Part shown: positions 37,368-50,313 of the stretch, one piece after another
Layout of the letters: each line of letters starts with the position of its first letter
How positions within the stretch are numbered: position 1 is the first letter of the stretch
Origin: Methylotenera sp.
Lineage (GTDB): Bacteria > Pseudomonadota > Gammaproteobacteria > Burkholderiales > Methylophilaceae
NCBI GenBank assembly: GCA_044228245.1
Contig: JBGAVG010000005.1
Span: 5,557-69,556 of the forward strand
Reading direction: 5' to 3'
Length of the DNA stretch: 64,000 nt
Program-made: the position numbers and the translations under genes
The notes under the pieces: generated by a model
Told to the model about the DNA's origin: nothing
Seen by the model: the letters and a program-made list of their open reading frames with translations, nothing else
Database searches by the model: none

Positions 37368-40300
37368 ACACGTTAAATTTGATGGAAGACGAAAAGAACC
37401 GCAAGCGTGCGCTGGAACTCGCTTCTTTCATTGTAGAAGCCCCGGCCGGCGCGGGCAAGACCGAGCTGCTTACGCAACGCTTTTTGAGGCTTTTGCAAAC
37501 TGTCAGCGCGCCAGAAGAAATTATCGCCATTACCTTTACTAACAAAGCCGCGGCAGAGATGCGGCTGCGTATTCTGGATAGCTTAATCAACGCTGCAAAG
37601 CAGTCACCTCCTCCAGAACCGCATAAGCAAATCACCTACGAGTTGAGCCTGCAAGCCCTGCAGCATGCGCAAACCCACGATTGGAAGCTGATTGAGAATC
37701 CGTCGCGCTTGCGCATTTTTACCATTGACAGCCTGTGTGCGCATCTGGCGAGGCAAATGCCGCTGATGAGCCGTTTCGGCTCGCAGCCAAAGGTCGCCGA
37801 AGATGCCGGCATTTTGTATGCGCAAGCGGTTGAGCAGGCGCTGGGATTATTGGAAGATGCGGAACATGGCGAGGTGGTTAAAATCGCGCTGCGCTATGTG
37901 GATAACGATGCCGGCCAGCTTAAAAAACTGCTGGTCAAGATGCTGGAAAAGCGCGACCAGTGGCTATATCACGCGCAATATGAGATTGATGCCGGGCAGT
38001 TGCAACATACGCTGCATGGGCTGGTAAAACAGGCCTTGAATGACGCGGCCAGCGCTTTGCCTGCCGCCTTACAGCAAGCCTTGATGCCGGTCGCGCGCTT
38101 TGCTGCCTCGCATCTCCCCTGTGACCATGCGGTGGCACTGCTGCTGGATTGGGAAACGCCAATCACCCCCACACCGGAAGCGCTGCCGATGTGGTGCGCG
38201 GTGGCCAATTTAATGCTGACCGATAAAGGTGAAACACGCAAGGAAGCAGGCCTTAATGTGAAATTTGGCTTTCCGCCCACAGATGCCGGGCGCGCGCAAA
38301 AACAGGCTCTAGTGGAAATCATGGCAGCAGTTGATGACATGCCTGCCTTGCATCGCGTTCGCGGTTTGCCGCATACCACCAACCTCGAAGCAGATTGGCG
38401 CATGATTGCGGCGCTTTCCAAGCTGCTCAACCTGGCTGTGGCCCAGCTGTGGTTTGTGTTTCAGCGGGCGGGCGAGGTCGATTTTGTTGAAATTGCCCAG
38501 CGCGCAACGCAGGCGTTATCCAATGACGCTGGCGAACCCACCGAGCTTGCCCTGAAACTGGATTACCAGATCCGGCATTTGTTGGTGGACGAGTTTCAGG
38601 ATACCAGTCCGAGCCAGATTGCACTTTTGGAACAGCTCATGCAAGGCTGGCAGCAAGACGATGGCCGTACTTTATTCTGTGTGGGCGACCCGATGCAGTC
38701 GATCTACCGCTTTCGCAAAGCCAATGTGAGCCTGTTTATTCATGCGGCAAACAATGGCATCGGCGATATTCGCCTACAAAGGCTGCGGCTTTACCGCAAC
38801 AACCGCGCCTGCCCGCCCGTGGTCGACTGGATTAATCAGACGTTCGCATCGATTTTCCCCGAAGTTGACGACGAAAGTCAGGGCGCGATCCGATATCGCG
38901 AGTCAATCGCAGACCCTGAGCATCTGGCGCCTGACAGCGGCATTGAAGTGCACGCAATTATCAAACACGAATTGACGCCAGACGCCAAGCAGCTTGAAGC
39001 CGAGACAGTGATCGAGATCATCCGGCGCGAACGCGCGAAACACCCGGATAAAAAAATTGCAGTGCTGGTCAGCGCGAAAAAACATCTAGCGCCGCTGGTT
39101 TCGCAATTGCGGCGTGCACATCAGGAAATTGCATTTCAGGCCGTGGAAATTGAAGCACTGGCGGGCCGCCAGATAGTGCAGGACCTGCTCGCGCTCACGC
39201 ATGCCCTGCACCACCGCGCGGACCGCGTTTACTGGCTGGCAACCCTGCGCGCACCCTGGTGCGGCCTCACTTTGCACGATTTGCATATGCTCGCGGGACA
39301 TGACCACCACAGCACGGTCTGGTCGCTGATGCAAAATGATAAAATTGTGAATTATCTTTCCGCAGACGGGCAAACCAGGCTAAGGCATGTACGCGGTATT
39401 TTTGCGGAGGCTTTTTCCAGTCAGGGGAGAATGCCGGTAAGCCGCTGGATCCGCGGTGTCTGGCTGATGTTGAATGGCGCGGCATGTTTGTGGGAGCAAA
39501 ATGACATCGCCGATGTGCAGGCGTTTTTTAAGTGCCTGGATGACTTGGACAAGCGCAACCAGTTCTCGCTGGAACGCATGGATGCGGAAATCGAAAAACT
39601 GTTTGCCGCACCCGACAGCGAGGGTGAACTGCTGCAGATGATGACGATCCATAAATCTAAAGGTCTGGAGTTTGATACGGTGATTCTGCCAGGACTAGGC
39701 ACGCAGACCGGTGGCAATAACAGCGAAAAGCCGCTTGTACTATGGGAAGAAATCCCCATAGGACAACATGCCGAACTGCTTGCTGCGCCTTATATCCCAA
39801 AAGGTGCGCGCGACAAGGGCAAAGTGAGCCCGTATGATTTTCTGGCAACGCGTGAAAAAGTGCGCGACGCCAATGAGGACGCCCGCGTACTATATGTAGC
39901 AGCGACGCGCGCAGAGCGGAAACTGCATCTGGTAGGCATTGCCGGCAAAAATGCAAAAGGCGAGATCAAGCCTGCCTCAGGCACACCGCTGGAGCTGTTA
40001 TGGCCCGCGGTAAGCCGGTGTTTTGAAGCCTCTGGCTCAGCCGAACAGCCAAACAATATCGAAGATGATATAGCCGATTTCACGCCGCATCTGGTGCGCC
40101 TGCAGCATCTGCAAATCCCCGCGGTGTTGCAGACGGAAAAAACGGTTCACGCGAATACCAACACTGCCAAAATAAAGCCTGCCAAGTCTGACAGCCTGGA
40201 AGCCGATAGCGGTACGCTCGCACATCGCTACATGGAAATCATCTCCCGGCAGGGACTCACTGGCTGGCCGCCGGCACGCATCGCGCAGTTGGCATCACCC

Positions 40301-40699
40301 ATGCAGCATTGGCTGCGCGAACGCGGCCACAGCAGCCAAAATGCAAGCCTCGCCACGAGCCAGGTAATACGCGCCTTGCAGCGCACGCTTGCCTGTGCCG
40401 ACGGGCAATGGGTACTGCAGGCTCGCGAAGAAGCGCATAGCGAATACGCACTCACCTCGCAAGACGGCGAGCAGCATGTTATTGACCGCACGTTTATAGA
40501 AAATTGTCCGGATAATAAAAAGGTGCGCTGGATAATCGATTACAAACTTGGGCTGGATGTCACCGAAGCCAATGCAAGTGCCGCCGCACAAGGCCACAAA
40601 CCACAATTGGCGCGCTATGCCGGCTTGTTTGCCAATGAAGGTTTAACCATGAAACAAGCGGTATTTTTCTTGAGTTTGGGCAAACTCATTGAAATCTGA
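37364..40699 (+). CDS. addA: AddA-like UvrD-family helicase with C-terminal RecB-type nuclease
   Basis: 1111 aa with Walker A EAPAGAGKTE, LLVDEFQDTS, TIHKSKGLEF and VAATRAERKLHL. C-terminal GTLAHRYME ... WIIDYKLG. Confidence 0.75.
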   Translation: MNTLNLMEDEKNRKRALELASFIVEAPAGAGKTELLTQRFLRLLQTVSAPEEIIAITFTNKAAAEMRLRILDSLINAAKQSPPPEPHKQITYELSLQALQHAQTHDWKLIENPSRLRIFTIDSLCAHLARQMPLMSRFGSQPKVAEDAGILYAQAVEQALGLLEDAEHGEVVKIALRYVDNDAGQLKKLLVKMLEKRDQWLYHAQYEIDAGQLQHTLHGLVKQALNDAASALPAALQQALMPVARFAASHLPCDHAVALLLDWETPITPTPEALPMWCAVANLMLTDKGETRKEAGLNVKFGFPPTDAGRAQKQALVEIMAAVDDMPALHRVRGLPHTTNLEADWRMIAALSKLLNLAVAQLWFVFQRAGEVDFVEIAQRATQALSNDAGEPTELALKLDYQIRHLLVDEFQDTSPSQIALLEQLMQGWQQDDGRTLFCVGDPMQSIYRFRKANVSLFIHAANNGIGDIRLQRLRLYRNNRACPPVVDWINQTFASIFPEVDDESQGAIRYRESIADPEHLAPDSGIEVHAIIKHELTPDAKQLEAETVIEIIRRERAKHPDKKIAVLVSAKKHLAPLVSQLRRAHQEIAFQAVEIEALAGRQIVQDLLALTHALHHRADRVYWLATLRAPWCGLTLHDLHMLAGHDHHSTVWSLMQNDKIVNYLSADGQTRLRHVRGIFAEAFSSQGRMPVSRWIRGVWLMLNGAACLWEQNDIADVQAFFKCLDDLDKRNQFSLERMDAEIEKLFAAPDSEGELLQMMTIHKSKGLEFDTVILPGLGTQTGGNNSEKPLVLWEEIPIGQHAELLAAPYIPKGARDKGKVSPYDFLATREKVRDANEDARVLYVAATRAERKLHLVGIAGKNAKGEIKPASGTPLELLWPAVSRCFEASGSAEQPNNIEDDIADFTPHLVRLQHLQIPAVLQTEKTVHANTNTAKIKPAKSDSLEADSGTLAHRYMEIISRQGLTGWPPARIAQLASPMQHWLRERGHSSQNASLATSQVIRALQRTLACADGQWVLQAREEAHSEYALTSQDGEQHVIDRTFIENCPDNKKVRWIIDYKLGLDVTEANASAAAQGHKPQLARYAGLFANEGLTMKQAVFFLSLGKLIEI

Positions 40700-40725
40700 C
40701 TTCTTAAGGTAAAATGTGAGAACCT

Positions 40726-41301
40726 ATGAAAATATTTTCTCTGCTTTATCTAAAAGTCATGGCTTGGTCGAGGCTGCCAAATGCGCAATGGTATTTGGGT
40801 GCGCTGAGTTTCGCCGAGTCTTCGTTCTTTCCCATTCCGCCCGATGTGATGCTTGCGCCCATGAGTCTGGCCAACCCTTCCAGAGCGTGGCGGTTTGCCT
40901 TGCTGACCACCATTGCCTCTGTGCTGGGCGGGTTGTTTGGCTACTTGATTGGTGCAACGGCATTCGATCTTATCGAACCTTACCTCAAAGCAAGCCACTA
41001 CTGGGAACATTTTCAGACGGCTAAGTTATGGTTCAAAGAATGGGGCTTTTGGGCGATATTTGTCGCGGGATTTTCACCCATTCCATATAAAGTGTTCACC
41101 ATCGCCGCAGGCGCGCTCTCTATGGCGATTGTACCTTTTACGATTGCTTCATTGATTGGCCGCGGTTCGCGGTTTTTTATCGTAGCCGGATTGATGAAAT
41201 GGGGCGGCGCACGCATGGAAGCCAATCTGCATAAATATGTCGACCGCATCGGCTGGGCAACGGTGGCGCTGGTGGTAGTCGCGATTATCGCATTCAGGTA
41301 A
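40726..41301 (+). CDS. yqaA: YqaA/DedA-related membrane protein
   Basis: 191 aa. ...ALSFAESSFFPIPPDVMLAPM... is typical of the YqaA family. Confidence 0.7.
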   Translation: MKIFSLLYLKVMAWSRLPNAQWYLGALSFAESSFFPIPPDVMLAPMSLANPSRAWRFALLTTIASVLGGLFGYLIGATAFDLIEPYLKASHYWEHFQTAKLWFKEWGFWAIFVAGFSPIPYKVFTIAAGALSMAIVPFTIASLIGRGSRFFIVAGLMKWGGARMEANLHKYVDRIGWATVALVVVAIIAFR

Positions 41302-41325
41302 TTATTAAGTAAATTCGCATCAAAA

Positions 41326-44300
41326 TCATGCAAACGCTTTGAGCAGCTGCCTGATAAAGTCGGTGCGCAACTGCATATCGTTAAACTGCACGGTAACCCT
41401 GAGTTTATCCGGCCCGTTCATGCGGCAGCGGCGGTCGCGCTGCAGTAGATTAATCAGCTTCATCGGATCGAGCTCGGTATTTTGCGAAAATTGCAGTTGT
41501 ACCGCGCTATCCGAAGCGTCGATCTTGCTAATGCCCAGCGGCTTGGCGGCGATACGTAGCCTGTGGCAAGCCAGTAAGGCTTCGCCCTGCTCCGGCAGTA
41601 AACCGAAGCGGTCAATCAGCTCTTCCTGCAGCGTGTCCAGTTCATCATCGGTGCTGGCGTTGGCAAGGCGTTTATACAGCACCAGGCGCTCGTGCACATC
41701 GGGACAATAAGCGTTGGTGAGTAATGCGGGCACATGCAGGTTGATTTCGGTAGTCACGCCAAGCGGCGCGTTCAAACCCGGCTCTTTGCCCGCTTTTAGC
41801 TGCTTCACTGCATGGTTCAGCATGTCCGAATATAAGCTAAAGCCGATTTCCTGCATCTCGCCGCTTTGGCTGTCGCCCAGCAATTCACCCGCGCCGCGAA
41901 TCTCTAAATCGTGCATCGCCAGATGGAAGCCTGCGCCCAAGTCCTCCAGCAATTGAATCGCATCCAGGCGTTTCTGCGCTTGCGGGGTGATTTTGCGGTG
42001 TTCATCGGTAAGCAGATAAGCATAGGCTTGGTGATGGCTGCGTCCTACCCGGCCTCGCAGCTGGTGCAACTGCGCCAGCCCAAACATATCGGCTTTGTTA
42101 ATGATGATGGTATTGGCGGTAGGGATGTCGATACCTGTTTCAATAATGGTGGTACATAGCAGCACGTTAAAGCGTTGCTGGTGAAAATCGCGCATCACGG
42201 ATTCCAGCTCACGCTCTCGTAATTGCCCATGTGCAATGCCGATGCGCGCTTCTGGCACGATTTTTTCCAGCTTTTCGCGCATCACAAAAATGGTGTCGAC
42301 TTCGTTATGCAGGAAATACACCTGTCCGCCACGCTTGAATTCACGCATCATTGCCTCGCGGATAATGCCTTCGCCATAATAAGTCGCAAAAGTTTTAATG
42401 CTCAAGCGTTTTTGTGGCGGCGTGGCGATCACGCTAAACTCGCGCAGCCCTTCCATTGCCATGCTTAAGGTGCGCGGGATGGGCGTAGCGGTAAGTGTCA
42501 GCACATCCACCTCAGCGCGCATGGCTTTGAGCTGCTCTTTCTGGCGCACACCAAAACGGTGCTCTTCATCCAGAATCACCAAGCCGAGGTTCTTGAATTT
42601 CACGTCTTTTTGAATGAGTCGATGCGTGCCGATGATAATATCTACCTTGCCCGCAGCCAGGTCTGCCAGAGCTTGCATTTGCTCTTTGGCACTTCTGAAG
42701 CGTGAAATTTCGGCAATCTTGATCGGCCATTCGGCAAAGCGGTCACAGAAGTTCTGATAATGCTGTTCGGCAAGCAGCGTAGTGGGTACGAGCACGGCGA
42801 CTTGCCTGCCACCCATCACGGCGACAAAGGCCGCGCGCAGCGCGACCTCCGTCTTGCCAAAGCCCACATCGCCGCATACCAGTCTATCCATCGGCTGGCC
42901 AGACTGCATGTCCTTGATGACGTTTTCAATGGCTTCCAACTGGTCCGGTGTTTCTTCAAACGGAAAACCCTCACAAAACGCTTCATAATCTTTCAAACTA
43001 AGCGTAAACGCATGGCCGCGCCGTGCAGCACGCTGGGCATATAGATTCAGCAACTCCGCTGCGGTATCGCGGATCTGCTTAAGCGCTTTTTTCTTGGCTT
43101 TTTCCCACTGGCCACTGCCAAGCCTGTGTAATGGCGCGCTTTCCGGCGGACCACCTGAATAACGCGAGATTAAGAATAACTGCGAAACAGGCACATAAAG
43201 CTTGTCGTCGCCAAAATATTCCAATAGCAAAAACTCGGTTTCGCCCTCGCCAAAATCCAGGTTCACCAAACCTTTGTAGCGCCCGACGCCGTGCTGCTCA
43301 TGCACGATGGGATCTTCCAGATGCAGCTCCGATAAATCTTTGAGCATGCCTTCCGTGTTGCGTGCCTTTTCTTTTTCGCGGCGGCGCTGCTGGCGCACCG
43401 TGCCCGAGTAAAGCTCGGCCTCGGTGATTAATACGAATTCATCTTCAGCAAATCCGCTGTGTAGCGGTGACACCCCTAGCATCAAGGGCTGCTGGCTAGT
43501 TTCAAACCCAGCCCAAGTCTCGCAAACAGGCATTGACAGGCCATGTTCGGCAAACAGTTGTGCCATGGTCTCGCGACGGCCCAGACTTTCCGCAGTAATC
43601 AAAATGCGTTTTTTAGTTGATTCAATAAACGCCTGCAGCTTATGCAGCGGCTTTTCGGCTCGCCGCTCAATTTCCAGTGCTGGCAATGGCTTTGCAGCTT
43701 CATACATCAAAACCAGGGTTGGGTAATCGTGCGTTTGCGCAAAAAAATCATCGGTTTTAATCAATAAGTTTTCTGGCTTCAGAATTGGCCGTTCGGCATC
43801 GTGCGCCAGCAATCGATACCGGGCGTTTGCATCTGCCCAGAACTGCTGTGCGGCCTTGTCGCAATCGCCGTGTAAACAAAGATTGGTGTAGCTCATTTCT
43901 TTGTCTTTGGGCAAGTAGTCCAGCAAGCTTGCAGTTTCATCAAAAAACAGCGGTAAATACCATTCTATGCCGCCGCTGGCCACGCCCTTGCTCACATTTT
44001 TATAAATGGTTGCGCGCTGCGGATCGCCTTCGAATTGTTCACGGAAGTTGCTTCTGAATCTGCTGATACCGGCTTCATCCAACGGAAACTCACGCGCCGG
44101 CAGCAGCCTGATTTCAGGTACGGGATACAGACTGCGCTGTGTGTCGATGTCAAAAGTGCGAATCGTTTCGATTTCATCGTCAAACAAATCAATGCGGTAA
44201 GGCAGCGCACTGCCCATCGGGAACAAATCGATTAAACCGCCGCGCACACTGAACTCGCCGGGAGAAATTACCTGGCTCACATGATGATAGCCTGCCTGGG

Positions 44301-44745
44301 CACATTGGCGGCGCAGCGCCTCCAGCTCAAGCTTCTGGCCTTTTTTCAGCATAAAAGTATGCGCCGACATAAAAGCCACCGATGGCAGCCTCAATAAAGC
44401 CGTAGCAATTGGCACAATTACCACATCGCATCGATTCTGGCTGATTTGGTACAAGGTCGCCAGACGTTCGGAGATCAAATCGGGATGCGGCGAGAACACA
44501 TCATAAGGCAACGTCTCCCAATCCGGCAGCAAATGCACACTCAAGTCAGGCGCAAAATAAGGCATTTCGTCCAGTAAGCGCTGCGCCTCGAATGCGCTGG
44601 CAGTAATAATTACCAGCGGCGCCCGCTTATTATCTGCTGTTGTTTTTAAGCGACATGCAAGTAAAGCAAGAGATAAGCTATCTAAGCCATTGGCAGAATA
44701 AGAAAAACGGCTTTTTTTTCCTGGCTTGGGCGGGGATAACTGCAT
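41326..44745 (-). CDS. mfd: Transcription-repair coupling factor
   Basis: 1139 aa with CGDVGFGKTEVA, DEEHRFGV and the TRG motif region QLHQLRGRVGRS. Confidence 0.95.
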   Translation of the reverse strand: MQLSPPKPGKKSRFSYSANGLDSLSLALLACRLKTTADNKRAPLVIITASAFEAQRLLDEMPYFAPDLSVHLLPDWETLPYDVFSPHPDLISERLATLYQISQNRCDVVIVPIATALLRLPSVAFMSAHTFMLKKGQKLELEALRRQCAQAGYHHVSQVISPGEFSVRGGLIDLFPMGSALPYRIDLFDDEIETIRTFDIDTQRSLYPVPEIRLLPAREFPLDEAGISRFRSNFREQFEGDPQRATIYKNVSKGVASGGIEWYLPLFFDETASLLDYLPKDKEMSYTNLCLHGDCDKAAQQFWADANARYRLLAHDAERPILKPENLLIKTDDFFAQTHDYPTLVLMYEAAKPLPALEIERRAEKPLHKLQAFIESTKKRILITAESLGRRETMAQLFAEHGLSMPVCETWAGFETSQQPLMLGVSPLHSGFAEDEFVLITEAELYSGTVRQQRRREKEKARNTEGMLKDLSELHLEDPIVHEQHGVGRYKGLVNLDFGEGETEFLLLEYFGDDKLYVPVSQLFLISRYSGGPPESAPLHRLGSGQWEKAKKKALKQIRDTAAELLNLYAQRAARRGHAFTLSLKDYEAFCEGFPFEETPDQLEAIENVIKDMQSGQPMDRLVCGDVGFGKTEVALRAAFVAVMGGRQVAVLVPTTLLAEQHYQNFCDRFAEWPIKIAEISRFRSAKEQMQALADLAAGKVDIIIGTHRLIQKDVKFKNLGLVILDEEHRFGVRQKEQLKAMRAEVDVLTLTATPIPRTLSMAMEGLREFSVIATPPQKRLSIKTFATYYGEGIIREAMMREFKRGGQVYFLHNEVDTIFVMREKLEKIVPEARIGIAHGQLRERELESVMRDFHQQRFNVLLCTTIIETGIDIPTANTIIINKADMFGLAQLHQLRGRVGRSHHQAYAYLLTDEHRKITPQAQKRLDAIQLLEDLGAGFHLAMHDLEIRGAGELLGDSQSGEMQEIGFSLYSDMLNHAVKQLKAGKEPGLNAPLGVTTEINLHVPALLTNAYCPDVHERLVLYKRLANASTDDELDTLQEELIDRFGLLPEQGEALLACHRLRIAAKPLGISKIDASDSAVQLQFSQNTELDPMKLINLLQRDRRCRMNGPDKLRVTVQFNDMQLRTDFIRQLLKAFA

Positions 44746-44884
44746 AGATGAACTTGAAAATGGCTTGGTTTAAAATCGGATTTTACCTATTATAACTGTA
44801 AGCATGTCGCATCAATTAAGCCTATTTAATTAAACTTAATCCGTTTAAGCCAAAAATAATAAAATTATTGAGGAGACAGACATC

Positions 44885-45562
44885 ATGAATGACAAACAGC
44901 TTGTTGCAATTCATGCAACGAAGTACGTCAAGGACGGCATGTTGGTTGGCTTAGGCACCGGCTCTACCGCCAATTATTTCATTGAAGAACTCGCGCGCCG
45001 CCAAACAGAACAGAATCTCAAAGTCACTACCATCGCCAGCTCGCAGGTGAGCATGATTAAAGCGCAAAGCCTGGGGTTGAATGTCATCGCACTGACGCAG
45101 GTTGCGGAAATTGATTTATATGTGGATGGCGCGGATGAAATCACGCCGGACATGACGCTGCTTAAAGGGCGCGGCTATGATCTGGTGCTGGAAAAGCTGC
45201 TCGCAAAAGCGGCTAAACAATTTCTGGTTGTCGCCGATAAAAGTAAATTAGTAGAGCGCATCGGCACGAACTTCGCCATTCCCATTGAGGTGATGCCGTT
45301 TGCCTGGAAAGCCGTAAAACGCAGCCTGGAAGCGGCGGGCGGCGTAGGTGAGTTGCGGCAGAACGTTGCCAAAGATGGCTTGTCCATTACATCTTACGGC
45401 AGCCTAGTGCTGGACATGGCATTCGACAAGTCCATCACTGAAGAATCCCTCAATCACCTCATCAACAATATCCCTGGCGTGGTGGAGCATGGCATCTTTC
45501 GCGGATTAACCAACGCCGTGTTGATTGCTGGCGATGGAAAAGTAGAGGAACGCTGGAAATAA
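44885..45562 (+). CDS. rpiA: Ribose-5-phosphate isomerase A
   Basis: 225 aa with GLGTGSTANYFIEEL and VDGADE. Confidence 0.9.
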   Translation: MNDKQLVAIHATKYVKDGMLVGLGTGSTANYFIEELARRQTEQNLKVTTIASSQVSMIKAQSLGLNVIALTQVAEIDLYVDGADEITPDMTLLKGRGYDLVLEKLLAKAAKQFLVVADKSKLVERIGTNFAIPIEVMPFAWKAVKRSLEAAGGVGELRQNVAKDGLSITSYGSLVLDMAFDKSITEESLNHLINNIPGVVEHGIFRGLTNAVLIAGDGKVEERWK

Positions 45563-45586
45563 ATCGAATCAATCGAGACCAATTTT

Positions 45587-48359
<2,773 letters not shown>

Positions 48360-49685
48360 TTATTTCTTTGCTTTCGCTTTTTTATCGAGTTCTTTAAGAT
48401 GAGCCAACTTTTCTGCTATTTTACCTTCCAAACCGCGCGGTGTGGGCGTATAAAATTGCGGCGGCGATTTTTGTTGAGCTAACTCGTCAGGAAAATACTG
48501 CTCTCCTGCCGCGTAGGCTTCAGGTTCATGATGCGCGTAACGGTATTCCTTACCGTAATCCAGCGCTTTCATGAGTTTGGTTGGTGCGTTACGTAAATGC
48601 AACGGCACAGGGCGCGATTTATCGTTGCCCACAAAGGCCTTGGCTTGATTATAGGCGTTGTAAGCCGCATTGCTCTTGGGTGCGACAGCCATGTAGATCA
48701 CTGCGTTAGAAAGCGCCAATTCGCCTTCAGGCGAGCCTAGCCGTTCGTAAATGTTACAGGCTTCCAGTGCCATGGTTTGTGCACGCGGGTCTGCCAGGCC
48801 AATATCTTCAATCGCCATGCGGATGATGCGCCGCCCCAGGTAGAGCGGGTCTGCGCCGCCATCTATCATGCGCAAAAACCAGTACAAGGCCGCATCAGGA
48901 TTTGAACCACGCACTGATTTGTGTAAAGCCGAAATCTGGTCATAAAACGCTTCGCCGCCTTTATCAAACCGGCGCAGTTTTTCTGCCATCGTAGTTTGTA
49001 AAAAAGCTTCGTCAATTTGTGTGATGCCTGCTCCCGCAGCCGCATTGAATAATCCCTCAGCGAAGTTAAGCAAACGCCTTGCATCGCCATCCGCATAAGC
49101 CAGTATCTGCTCGCGTACTTCGTCTGCAATAGTGATGTTTTTAGCAACCAACAGTCTCGCCCGCTCCAGCAGCACGGCCAGCTCAGACTCAGACAAGCTA
49201 CTCAACACAAATACTTGTGCGCGGCTTAAAAGCGCACTGTTGACCTCAAACGAAGGATTTTCTGTTGTTGCGCCAATAAAGGTAATCAGACCACTTTCCA
49301 CGAAAGGCAGGAAAGCGTCTTGCTGACCTTTGTTGAAGCGATGCACCTCATCCACAAATAAAATGGTCTTGCGGCCATGCTGCTGCAAGGCAAGTTCGGC
49401 GCGCTCTACCGCATCGCGGATATCCTTGATGCCAGATAACACTGCAGAAATCGGGATAAAATCAGCATCGGCCGTGTTCGCAATCAGCCTTGCCAGTGTG
49501 GTTTTGCCCACACCTGGCGGTCCCCACAGGATCATGGAAGGCAATTTTCCTGATTCAAATGCAAGCCTGAGCGGCTTATTTTCGCCCAACAGGTGCGATT
49601 GTCCGACGACTTCATCCAATGTTTTAGGGCGCAGCTGCTCAGCGAGTGGCGCTTGTGGTGTTGCGGGTTGAAATAAGCTATTCAC
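48360..49685 (-). CDS. rarA: Replication-associated recombination protein A
   Basis: 441 aa with GPPGVGKTTLA, FVDEVHRFNK and IEDIGLADP. Confidence 0.9.
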   Translation of the reverse strand: MNSLFQPATPQAPLAEQLRPKTLDEVVGQSHLLGENKPLRLAFESGKLPSMILWGPPGVGKTTLARLIANTADADFIPISAVLSGIKDIRDAVERAELALQQHGRKTILFVDEVHRFNKGQQDAFLPFVESGLITFIGATTENPSFEVNSALLSRAQVFVLSSLSESELAVLLERARLLVAKNITIADEVREQILAYADGDARRLLNFAEGLFNAAAGAGITQIDEAFLQTTMAEKLRRFDKGGEAFYDQISALHKSVRGSNPDAALYWFLRMIDGGADPLYLGRRIIRMAIEDIGLADPRAQTMALEACNIYERLGSPEGELALSNAVIYMAVAPKSNAAYNAYNQAKAFVGNDKSRPVPLHLRNAPTKLMKALDYGKEYRYAHHEPEAYAAGEQYFPDELAQQKSPPQFYTPTPRGLEGKIAEKLAHLKELDKKAKAKK

Positions 49686-49704
49686 TTATTTTTACTTATC
49701 AATG

Positions 49705-50313
49705 CTACTCACCCACCACATCAACACCCTTGGGTGGTGTAAACAGAAAAGTGGAATCTTGCAGTACAGGATTTCGCTCTACTTCGTTAAATGTAATGTG
49801 AGTAATGTGGTTAAAACTGTCGTACAGCTCCATTTTGCGCAGCTTGTCAGCCTTAAACCCGAGCAGCACGCGGTCAAAGCCGCTTTCTTTATCCTTGGGT
49901 AATGCCAGCACCCATGTCAACCCATCCTTGCGGGTGGCATTTTTTAGCGTAAAGCTTTTTTCCACATCTTCGCCGCCCGCCAGCATGGCAGCGGGGCTTG
50001 AGCCCAGCGTTTTGCTCAACTCCCGAATCGTGACTTGCTGCAGCTCAGTATCGAATAAAAACACCTGTTTTCCATCGCTCACGATCTGCTGCTCGTAGGG
50101 TTTTTTGTAATCCCAGCGGAATTTATTCGGGCGCTGCAGTTGCATGGTGCCTTCTACTTCCTGCTCCTTGCGCCCCTGCTTGTCATTCACCACCTGGCTG
50201 AACTGCGCCCGCATGGTATTGGTATTATTGAAAAAGTCGCGCAGACTGGATACACCATCCGCCATGGCCAGATTGGCGAATATAACCAAAAAACCAAATA
50301 ATAATTTATTCAT
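49705..50313 (-). CDS. lolA: Outer-membrane lipoprotein carrier LolA
   Basis: The start at [18 protein letters not shown] (ATG 50313) overlaps the ftsK stop. ...FSQVV...RFRWDY... is LolA-like. Confidence 0.8.
   Translation of the reverse strand: MNKLLFGFLVIFANLAMADGVSSLRDFFNNTNTMRAQFSQVVNDKQGRKEQEVEGTMQLQRPNKFRWDYKKPYEQQIVSDGKQVFLFDTELQQVTIRELSKTLGSSPAAMLAGGEDVEKSFTLKNATRKDGLTWVLALPKDKESGFDRVLLGFKADKLRKMELYDSFNHITHITFNEVERNPVLQDSTFLFTPPKGVDVVGE

Noticed and set aside
34674-40699. Nuclease plus UvrD-helicase pair considered as a Gabija-like or other defence system.
   Set aside because: The sizes, the motif order (an inactivated helicase plus PD-(D/E)XK subunit, followed by a RecB-type helicase-nuclease) and the housekeeping neighbourhood all fit AddAB-type recombinational repair.
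48793-48822. Split look-alike of the 12-mer family in rarA (GGCCAATATC…CCATGCGG).
   Set aside because: On the coding strand it encodes the conserved RarA peptide MAIEDIGLADP, so protein conservation explains it. I keep it as a caution that some partial hits to the motif family may be driven by peptide sequence.
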